The notes under the pieces: generated by a model
Database searches by the model: none
The model's input: the letters and a program-made list of their open reading frames with translations, nothing else
What the model was told of the DNA's origin: nothing
Shown here: piece by piece, positions 57,580 to 64,000 of the stretch
Position numbering within the stretch: position 1 is the stretch's first letter
Layout of the letters: each line of letters starts with the position of its first letter
Translations under genes and position numbers: made by a program
Origin: Flavobacteriales bacterium
GTDB lineage: Bacteria; Bacteroidota; Bacteroidia; Flavobacteriales_F; PHOS-HE28
Direction: 5' to 3'
NCBI GenBank assembly: GCA_039931265.1
Contig: JBDTSG010000147.1
Location: forward strand, 85,451 to 149,450
Length of the DNA stretch: 64,000 nucleotides

Positions 57580-57659
57580 CAATTAGCGAATGTGCGAATT
57601 AGCGAATGCTCCGACAAGGAGCCACTCGCTAATTCGCTAATTGGTCATTCGCTAATTAA
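57580..57659. repeat. ORF-less copy of the AATTAGCGAAT-unit hairpin
   Basis: The minus strand reads TAATTAGCGAATGACCAATTAGCGAATTAGCGAGTGG - gctccttgtcggagc - ATTCGCTAATTCGCACATTCGCTAATTG. The first arm is almost identical to the arm at 49747-49785. Confidence 0.85.
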
Positions 57660-57757
57660 CCACACCCCTCATCCGCAATGGTCACCGCCTTGCTGATGAT
57701 CTCCATCCCCTCATCCACACCAGCCTCATCGATGCACAGCGGCGGGGCAACCAAGAG
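57656..57757 (-). pseudogene. Duplicated, diverged 3' fragment of the class-III aminotransferase gene
   Basis: The minus strand encodes VAPPLCIDEAGVDEGMEIISKAVTIADEGCG*; the functional gene ends VAPPLCIDEAGVDEGMEIISKAIGIADEACV*. By hand alignment, 77 of 87 nt are identical between 57669-57755 and 58414-58500. Confidence 0.8.
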
Positions 57758-57825
57758 CGCGACACAGGGCTTTGCGCGGGGCGTACCCCTTCGATCTTGC
57801 GTTGACCAGAAGATCAGTCCCGCAA

Positions 57826-58356
57826 TTACACTGTCCTTCCCTGGAACTTCCCGTCCTGGATAGAGTACTTCGCCCGAAATGCACCAGCGCCATCTCCCCC
57901 ATCGATGGCAAGCACAAAAGAGTCCGGTCCGATGCTATCCATCCGGAAGTACGAATCATGGCAAGATGCTGACATGTCATACATATCAGTGATCTTCTCT
58001 CGTGGGATATCGATAAGACATTCGCCGAACATGACGATCAGAGAATCGACTCCGTTGACGGGCATGCTTCCATCCGTACCCAAGACATCCAGGTAATCGA
58101 TTTTGTCCACGCCAAATTCACTCTGCTCAATTCGGTGAGCAGCAGTATCGAACTGGCTTACCACCATTCTTATCCTTAGCGTTCCATCGGCATTCATGGC
58201 CATGATGCGTCCGCCTTCCTTGCAGTGCAAAATGAACGGGGCATGTATGCTACAAGCGGCGGAATGCGGTAACACGTCCCCTTCATCTTGTTCCGTGAAA
58301 GGAGGTGCATGCTCCTGTTTCGCCGGTGCACATGCGAACATGAGATAAGCGAGCAT
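57826..58356 (-). CDS. Hypothetical lipoprotein-like protein in an AT-richer segment
   Basis: I chose the start at MLAYLMFACAPAKQ (lipobox-like). The track ORF start at 58410 overlaps the aminotransferase 3' end. No recognised family. Confidence 0.5.
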   Translation of the reverse strand: MLAYLMFACAPAKQEHAPPFTEQDEGDVLPHSAACSIHAPFILHCKEGGRIMAMNADGTLRIRMVVSQFDTAAHRIEQSEFGVDKIDYLDVLGTDGSMPVNGVDSLIVMFGECLIDIPREKITDMYDMSASCHDSYFRMDSIGPDSFVLAIDGGDGAGAFRAKYSIQDGKFQGRTV

Positions 58357-58400
58357 GGATATGGCCAGTTCAGGCGGGATCCTCAATGCGCGTTCGCTGA

Positions 58401-59753
58401 TCACACGCACGCTTCATCCGCAATGCCTATCGCCTTGCTGATGATCTCCATCCCCTCATCCACGCCCGCCTCATCGATGCACAACGGCGGCGCCACGAAG
58501 ATCCAGTTCCAGCGGACGAAGGTGAACATGCCCAGCTCGTTGATCTTGGCAGCCACCTTGTTCATCACGGCCATCTCCTCGGGCTTCGCGTTCCAGGGCG
58601 CCATCGGTTCCTTGGTCTCTCGGTTCTTCACCAGTTCGATGCAACCCAGCAGGCCGGTGTTGCGGAAGTCGCCGATGCTCGGGTGCTTCTGTGCGAGTTC
58701 GGCCACGCGCTTCTCCACATACTTGCCCATGCGCGCGGCGTTCTCGACCAGGTTCTCCTCTTCGTAGATATCGATCACGGCATTCGCAGCAGCGCAAGCC
58801 ACGGCATGCGCGCTGTACGTGAGGCCGATCGGAAGCGGCTTGTCCTCGAAATGCTTGATGATCTCCTCGCGTACGATCAATCCGCCGAGCGGGATGTAGC
58901 CTGCGGTGATGCCCTTGGCCATGCACATCATGTCCGGCACCACGCCGTGGTGATCGATGCCGAACCACTTGCCCGTGCGACCGAAGCCGCTCATCACCTC
59001 ATCGGCAATGGTGAGGATGCCGTAGCGATCGGCGATGGCCTTCACGCCTTTCCAGTAGCCCGGCGGGTATTTGATGCAGCCGCTGGATCCGCTCTCCCCT
59101 TCCAGCATGATCGCCGCGATGTACTGCGGGCCCTCATACTTAACGACGCGTTCCAAGTGCGCGAGCGCGTTCTCCGTACACTCTTCTGGTGTCTTGCTGT
59201 TCCACGGACAGCGGTAGAAGTACGGGTTCTCCACGTGGATGATGTTCGGCACGCCCTGGCTGTCGTGCGGCAAACCGCGTGGATCGCCGCCCGCGCTGAG
59301 CGCGCCATACGTGGCGCCGTGGTAGCTCTGGTACAGCGTGATGATCTTGTGTCGACTGGTGTAAAGGCGAGCAAGCTTCATCGCGTGCTCAACCGCTTCG
59401 GTGCCACCGTTGGTGAAGAAGGTGCGGCTGAGCGAACCCGGCGTGATCTCCGCGAGCTTCTTTCCCAGCTTACCACGCGCCTCGGTGATCATGCCCGGAT
59501 GCACGTAGCTCACCTCGGCCATCTGCTTCGCCACCGCCTCCGCGACTTTCGGATGCCCGTGTCCGATATTCACGTTCATCAGCTGCGAACTGAAATCGAT
59601 GAAGCGCTTGCCGGACCGCTCGTAGAGGTAGATGCCCTTGGCACGCTCGATGTTCAACGGGTTCAAGCCGCTCTGCTTGCTCCACGAGAAAATGGTGTGC
59701 TCGAGGTTGTCCTTCAGGATCTCGGCGGGGTTGGTTTTGGTTGTCGTGCTCAC
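58401..59753 (-). CDS. Class-III PLP aminotransferase (omega-amino acid / beta-alanine--pyruvate type)
   Basis: FFTNGGTEAVE and DEVMSGFGRTGKWF blocks. The probable GTG start is at 59751-59753, since no in-frame ATG occurs before residue ~85 and the track extension to 59828 runs through the intergenic palindrome. Confidence 0.85.
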   Translation of the reverse strand: MSTTTKTNPAEILKDNLEHTIFSWSKQSGLNPLNIERAKGIYLYERSGKRFIDFSSQLMNVNIGHGHPKVAEAVAKQMAEVSYVHPGMITEARGKLGKKLAEITPGSLSRTFFTNGGTEAVEHAMKLARLYTSRHKIITLYQSYHGATYGALSAGGDPRGLPHDSQGVPNIIHVENPYFYRCPWNSKTPEECTENALAHLERVVKYEGPQYIAAIMLEGESGSSGCIKYPPGYWKGVKAIADRYGILTIADEVMSGFGRTGKWFGIDHHGVVPDMMCMAKGITAGYIPLGGLIVREEIIKHFEDKPLPIGLTYSAHAVACAAANAVIDIYEEENLVENAARMGKYVEKRVAELAQKHPSIGDFRNTGLLGCIELVKNRETKEPMAPWNAKPEEMAVMNKVAAKINELGMFTFVRWNWIFVAPPLCIDEAGVDEGMEIISKAIGIADEACV

Positions 59754-59771
59754 GTGGATGTCATTACGGTT

Positions 59772-59859
59772 GAATATCGAACACCGAACATCGAATGGTG
59801 AATGTCGAAGTGAATGCGCGCATTCCACTTCGGTGTTCGGCGTTCATCATGCGATATTC
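59772..59859. repeat. Long imperfect palindrome (CGAAC/CGAAT-unit hairpin) between the mmsA and aminotransferase genes
   Basis: The outer segments gaatatcg / cgatattc form a perfect 8 bp. The inner segments cgaagtgaatg-cgcg-cattccacttcg pair with a 1-nt bulge. Middle ccgaaca / tgttcgg segments also pair. The element starts 3 nt after the mmsA TGA. Confidence 0.7.
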
Positions 59860-59862
59860 CTA

Positions 59863-61335
59863 TCAGCTCATCCAATTCGTCTTCCCTTCCGGATTCCACT
59901 TCGTCGTGGTTTTCTTCAGCTGCGTCCAGAACTCGATGCTGCTCTTCCCGGTGATATCGCAGGTGCCGAACTTGCTATCGTTCCAGCCGCCGAAGCTGAA
60001 GGGCTCGCGCGGCACGGGCACGCCGATGTTCACGCCGATCATGCCGGCGCTGGCGCGTTCCATGACCTGGCGCGCGTTGCCACCGCTTTGTGTGAAGACC
60101 GCAGCGGCATTGCCGTAAGGGTTCGCGTTCTCGATAGCGATACCCGCATCCAGGTCCTTCGCGCGGATGATGCTGATCACCGGACCGAAGACCTCTTCCT
60201 GGGAGATGCGCATGTCCTGCGTCACGTGGTCGATGATCGTGGGGCCGAGGTAGTAGCCGTTCATCTTGTCGCCATCCACGGTCGGGTTGCGGCCGTCGAG
60301 CAACACTTTGGCACCGGCCTTCTCTGCTTCCGCGATGAAACCGAGGATGCGCTCGTACGAGGTCTTGCTGATCACGGGACCGAGGTTCTTGCCAGGGATG
60401 AGCTTCTTGGCTTCCACGATCATCTGCTGGATGATCGGTTCCACCGCACCGATGCCGACCATCTGCGCGGCGGCCATGCAGCGTTGACCAGCGCAACCGC
60501 TCATGCTGGCGACGACGTTGCTGGCGGTCATTTCCAAGTGCGCATCGGGCAGCACGAGGAGGTGGTTCTTCGCACCGCCGAGGCAGAGCGCGCGCTTCAG
60601 CGTGCTTGTGGCACGGATGTAAACGATCTTGGCAACCTTAGTGGAACCCACGAAGCTCACGGCTTTGATGCCGGGATGATCGCAGATGGCTTCCACGATC
60701 GCGCGGTCGCCGTTCACCACGTTGAAGACGCCATCGGGCAGGCCCGCTTCCTTCAACAGTTCCGCGATGCGGATGGCGCTGATGGGCACCACCTCGCTCG
60801 GTTTCAGGATCATGGTGTTTCCCAGCATCAGCGCGTTGGGGATGGTCCAGTGCGGCACCATGTTCGGGAAGTTGAACGGTGCGATGCTGGCAATTACGCC
60901 CAGCGGCTTGCGCTCAATGCGGCACTCCACACCCTTGCTCACTTCCAGTACTTCACCCTGGATCAGTTGCGGCAAACTGCAGGCGAATTCCGTCAGCTCC
61001 ATGCTCTTGTCCACCTCGGCGTACGACTCGTCCATCGTCTTGCCGTTCTCGGTGTGTACCAGTGTGGCAAGTTCCTCGCGGTTCTTCAACAGCAACTCGC
61101 GATAGCGGAAGAAGATCTGCGAACGCTCCTTGATCGGCGTGCCACTCCAACCGGGGAAAGCGGCTTCGGCAGCCTTCACCGCTTTGTCGAGGTCGCTCGC
61201 GGTGCTGAGAGGAACAGTGCTGATCAACGTGCCATCCAACGGTGAATGGACGTCCATCCGCTGCTGTCCGTCCGCATCCGGTTTGCCGGCGACATAGTTC
61301 TTGACTTCGGGATACTTGAGGGCGAGGGTTGGCAT
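59863..61335 (-). CDS. mmsA: CoA-acylating methylmalonate/malonate-semialdehyde dehydrogenase
   Basis: Aldehyde dehydrogenase fold with FVGSTKVAKIVY, the catalytic Cys block CAGQRCMA and the C-terminal tail GKSSIEFWTQLKKTTTKW, which is typical of MmsA. Confidence 0.92.
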   Translation of the reverse strand: MPTLALKYPEVKNYVAGKPDADGQQRMDVHSPLDGTLISTVPLSTASDLDKAVKAAEAAFPGWSGTPIKERSQIFFRYRELLLKNREELATLVHTENGKTMDESYAEVDKSMELTEFACSLPQLIQGEVLEVSKGVECRIERKPLGVIASIAPFNFPNMVPHWTIPNALMLGNTMILKPSEVVPISAIRIAELLKEAGLPDGVFNVVNGDRAIVEAICDHPGIKAVSFVGSTKVAKIVYIRATSTLKRALCLGGAKNHLLVLPDAHLEMTASNVVASMSGCAGQRCMAAAQMVGIGAVEPIIQQMIVEAKKLIPGKNLGPVISKTSYERILGFIAEAEKAGAKVLLDGRNPTVDGDKMNGYYLGPTIIDHVTQDMRISQEEVFGPVISIIRAKDLDAGIAIENANPYGNAAAVFTQSGGNARQVMERASAGMIGVNIGVPVPREPFSFGGWNDSKFGTCDITGKSSIEFWTQLKKTTTKWNPEGKTNWMS

Positions 61336-61375
61336 GGGCTGGCAATAGGCACCTAAACTACACTGACCGGAAATG

Positions 61376-61401
61376 GAAACGCCCCGTTGCCGGGGCGTTT
61401 C
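61376..61401 (-). terminator. Stem-loop after the SnoaL-like gene, upstream of mmsA
   Basis: Perfect 11-bp inverted repeat gaaacgccccg / cggggcgtttc with a 4-nt loop, 20 nt after the stop at 61422. It probably separates the mmsA unit from the upstream gene. Confidence 0.6.
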
Positions 61402-61421
61402 CGATCAACGTTTCGACAGGG

Positions 61422-62090
61422 TCAGCTCTTCTTCTCCTCCATTTTGCCTTCCATCTCCTTCATACCGGGGCAATCGGGCGCGCAAACGTGGCCCTTCTCA
61501 CCGTGCATGATGTTGTGTTTGTCGGGCTTGCAACCGGGGTTGCACACGTGTTCTTTCTCCATGGCCATCTCGCCACCGCCGCCGCCCATGTCCATACCCA
61601 GGTCGCTCATCATCTTCATCACATCGAAGCCGCTCCACATCTCCACGGCCTTGCCGTTCTCGAAGCGGACAACGTCGATACCCGAAGCTTCCCAAGCCTT
61701 GTTCGTCGCGGGCATGCCCTCACCCATTGCGCCGGTGTTGGTACCCTTGACCATGGCCACACCAGCCACCCAATCGCCGTCCACGAGCATCACCTTGCCA
61801 TCGCCCTTCATATCGGGGCTGCTGGCCAAGTACATCTTCATGGCATCGATGTACTGCTGCTTACCGGTACCCTTCACCGACATGTCGGGGTTGTGGTTCA
61901 CGAAATTGTCGGCGATGAGATCGCCCAACATTTTCTCGTCACCGGTGTTCCAAGCTTTTCCGATGTTCTCGAACGCCGTTTTGTTCACAGCTTCCTTGTC
62001 CATCATGGCCTTCTGTTCCGCCGAGGGTCCGGAATTGCACGCGCCAAGCAGGGCGATGGCCGCGATCATTGGTAGGGTTCTCTTCTTCAT
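61422..62090 (-). CDS. SnoaL-like (ester cyclase-type) lipoprotein with a Met/His/Cys-rich C-terminal tail
   Basis: Lipobox MKKRTLPMIAAIALLGAC, an NTF2/SnoaL-like core (AWNTGD...FVNHNP...VDGDWV...RFENGKAVEMW), and the tail MDMGGGGGEMAMEKEHVCNPGCKPDKHNIMHGEKGHVCAPDCPGMKEMEGKM. Confidence 0.65.
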   Translation of the reverse strand: MKKRTLPMIAAIALLGACNSGPSAEQKAMMDKEAVNKTAFENIGKAWNTGDEKMLGDLIADNFVNHNPDMSVKGTGKQQYIDAMKMYLASSPDMKGDGKVMLVDGDWVAGVAMVKGTNTGAMGEGMPATNKAWEASGIDVVRFENGKAVEMWSGFDVMKMMSDLGMDMGGGGGEMAMEKEHVCNPGCKPDKHNIMHGEKGHVCAPDCPGMKEMEGKMEEKKS

Positions 62091-62260
62091 TGCGATGGTG
62101 TTTTGGGGCACCGAAAATAGCAACACGATCCACCCCGCAACGGCCTTCTACTTTCGCGGCCTGCTTTCGCCGACCCCCGACTTGTCCAGCCGAGGCCCGA
62201 TCGCCCGCTTTGCAGCACTCACCCGCCTTCACCCCCGACACTTCGCGCTTGAACGCGGTG

Positions 62261-63706
62261 ATGGAACAGCCCTTGTTCCAAGCCGTGCAAGCAGAAGCTG
62301 AAGAGCGTGCCATACCGGCCTATGCGATCGGCGGTTACGTCCGCGACCTGATCTTGGGGCGCGCATGCAAGGACATCGACTTCGTTGTGGAGGGGGATGG
62401 CATTTCAGTGGCTGCGGCGGTGGCGAAAAGGCTTGGTGCAGGGCAGGTGCATGTGTTCAAGAACTTCGGTACGGCGATGTTCATGCTTGGCGAATTGCAG
62501 GTTGAATTCGTTGGCGCGCGGAAGGAGAGCTACAGCCGCGACAGCCGGAAACCGGCAGTGGTACCCGGAACGATCAAGGATGATCAGGAGCGCCGGGATT
62601 TCACCGTGAACGCCTTGGCGATCTCCCTCAACCCAGGCAGCGCGGGTGCTTTGGTGGATCCGTTCGGTGGCATCCTCGACCTGGAACGCGGCATCCTCCG
62701 CACTCCGCTCGATCCGGACATCACCTTCAGCGATGACCCTTTGCGCATGCTGCGCGCCGTGCGCTTCGCTGCGCAATTGGGGTTCACCATCGAACCGGGA
62801 AGCTTCGATGCTATCCGGAGGAACGCCGCGCGTCTCGACATCATCAGCGCGGAACGTATCCACGGCGAACTGAACAAGATCATCATGACGCAGGTGCCAA
62901 GCGAAGGGTTCCTGCTGCTGCGTGACAGTGGCCTGCTCGTCCGCTTCTTCCCTGAGTTCCTTGAGTTGCAAGGTGCCGAGGAGAAGTTCGGGATCGGGCA
63001 CAAGGACAATTTCTACCACACACTGCAAGTGTTGGACAACGTGTGCGCGAAAAGCAATGATCTGTGGTTGCGCTGGGCCGCCATCCTTCACGATATCGCC
63101 AAGCCCAAGACCAAGCGCTTCGACCCGGAGATCGGCTGGACTTTCCATGGGCACGAGGACAAGGGCGCGCGGATGGTACCGACCATCTTCCGCCGGATGA
63201 AGTTGCCGCTGGACGACCAGATGCGTTTCGTGCAGAAGCTGGTCGCATTGCACTTACGGCCGATCGCCCTGACCAAAGAGATCGTTACCGATAGCGCGGT
63301 CCGCCGGTTGCTCTTCGATGCCGGTGACGACATCGATGCGCTGATGATCCTGTGCCAAGCGGATATCACCAGCAAGAACGAGAAGAAGAAGGAACGCTAC
63401 CTGCGCAATTACGCGTTGGTGCTGCGCAAGCTGGCGGAAGTGGAAGAGAAAGACCGGGTGCGCAATTTCCAACCTCCGATCACCGGACAGGATGTGATGG
63501 CCGCGTTCGGCATTTCACCCAGCAAGTACATCGGCGACATAAAGACGGTGATCAAGGATGCGATCCTGGACGGGAAGATCCACAACGATCGTGCGCAGGC
63601 GTGGGCGCTGATGCTGGAAACCGGGAGGAGCCTCGGCTTGGAACCGTTGGCCGGTATGGAGGTCCCGGTTGCGGACAACGGGCAGACGAAGGACGAGGGG
63701 CAATGA
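62261..63706 (+). CDS. tRNA nucleotidyltransferase (CCA-adding) / poly(A) polymerase family protein with HD domain
   Basis: Head domain GGYVRDLILGR...DIDFVV, RDFTVNA, PLRMLRAVRFAAQLGF, and the HD region HDIAKP. I chose the start at MEQPLFQAV (ATG 62261). Confidence 0.85.
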   Translation: MEQPLFQAVQAEAEERAIPAYAIGGYVRDLILGRACKDIDFVVEGDGISVAAAVAKRLGAGQVHVFKNFGTAMFMLGELQVEFVGARKESYSRDSRKPAVVPGTIKDDQERRDFTVNALAISLNPGSAGALVDPFGGILDLERGILRTPLDPDITFSDDPLRMLRAVRFAAQLGFTIEPGSFDAIRRNAARLDIISAERIHGELNKIIMTQVPSEGFLLLRDSGLLVRFFPEFLELQGAEEKFGIGHKDNFYHTLQVLDNVCAKSNDLWLRWAAILHDIAKPKTKRFDPEIGWTFHGHEDKGARMVPTIFRRMKLPLDDQMRFVQKLVALHLRPIALTKEIVTDSAVRRLLFDAGDDIDALMILCQADITSKNEKKKERYLRNYALVLRKLAEVEEKDRVRNFQPPITGQDVMAAFGISPSKYIGDIKTVIKDAILDGKIHNDRAQAWALMLETGRSLGLEPLAGMEVPVADNGQTKDEGQ

Positions 63707-63802
63707 TCTGTGGGCCACCACGGAACCGGATCGCGTTTTAGTTTCGCGGTGTCTCCCGAACCCTGCGGTATCGCTCAGGCGCCCGCCCCTGCCAACAGAC
63801 CC

Positions 63803-64000
63803 ATGCGCATCTACCGCTTCCGTGTGCTGATCGACGACAAGAGCGAGGCGTTCCGCGACATCGAGATCCGGAACGAGCAGACGTTCTTCGACCTGCACGT
63901 GGCTATCAAGAAGGCCTTCGGTTTCACCGGCGAAGAGATGGCCAGTTTTTATGTGAGCGACGATGCGTGGGAGAAAGGCACGGAGATCCCGCTTGCCGAT
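63803..64000 (+). CDS. pRiA4b ORF-3-like family protein, N-terminal part; 3' end outside window
   Basis: MRIYRFRVLIDDKSEAFRDIEIRNEQTFFDLHVAIKKAFGFTGEEMASFYVSDD resembles the PRiA4_ORF3 domain start. The frame is open to the window edge. Confidence 0.55.
   Translation, partial: MRIYRFRVLIDDKSEAFRDIEIRNEQTFFDLHVAIKKAFGFTGEEMASFYVSDDAWEKGTEIPLAD

Noticed and set aside
56316-57617. 433-aa minus-strand ORF overlapping the NCS1 permease in another frame
   Set aside because: It translates to Arg/His/Gly/Pro-rich sequence with no TM helices. The 480-aa frame gives a 12-TM NCS1 protein.
59632-61245. 537-aa plus-strand ORF
   Set aside because: It is antisense to mmsA, whose identity is unambiguous.
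46216-61335. Classical mobile element (IS, transposon or integrative island) explaining the guest genes
   Set aside because: I found no transposase, integrase, recombinase or terminal inverted repeats of IS type. Only the hairpin elements and the 87-nt duplication are present, and these are reported as findings.

Overview
High-GC Bacteroidota-type chromosomal segment: it carries T9SS C-terminal sorting domains, gldA and a gldF-gldG fusion, a long NusB, and DUF1573, DUF3276 and DUF4340 families. Coding is dense, with about 60 credible genes. Most long ORFs in the track that lie antisense to or out of frame with these genes are GC-driven shadow ORFs. Several track ORFs also carry false N-terminal extensions, and the track uses GTG/TTG starts.

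Positions 0-46 kb are mainly housekeeping and envelope genes:
- an M16 peptidase pair, an AlkB-type hydroxylase, FKBP and cyclophilin PPIases, and YaaA
- the gliding-type ABC transporter, three T9SS cargo proteins, and CutC coupled to a GH2 beta-mannosidase
- recA, thrS-infC-rpmI-rplT, an MsbA-like exporter, and Leu dehydrogenase
- nusB-DUF1573-yajC-coaE, a DEAD-box helicase, a TPR/HisKA_2 kinase, and rarA

Positions 46-61 kb on the minus strand form a complete reductive pyrimidine catabolic locus. It contains an FCY1-type cytosine deaminase, PreT/PreA, dihydropyrimidinase, beta-ureidopropionase, an NCS1 permease, a class-III aminotransferase and a CoA-acylating semialdehyde dehydrogenase.

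This locus is the most unusual part of the window.
- Its intergenic junctions hold long imperfect palindromes.
- A four-helix-bundle (23S-IVS-type) gene sits in the loop of one such hairpin, and a near-identical ORF-less copy lies 8 kb away.
- A DUF1016 PD-(D/E)XK nuclease gene is bracketed by a 27-29 nt palindrome that is also present inside its own coding sequence.
- Two AT-richer guest ORFs are inserted. One is flanked by a duplicated 3' end of the aminotransferase gene.

I saw no transposase, integrase, CRISPR array or rRNA. The only tRNA-like sequence is a degenerate tRNA-Ala-like remnant.
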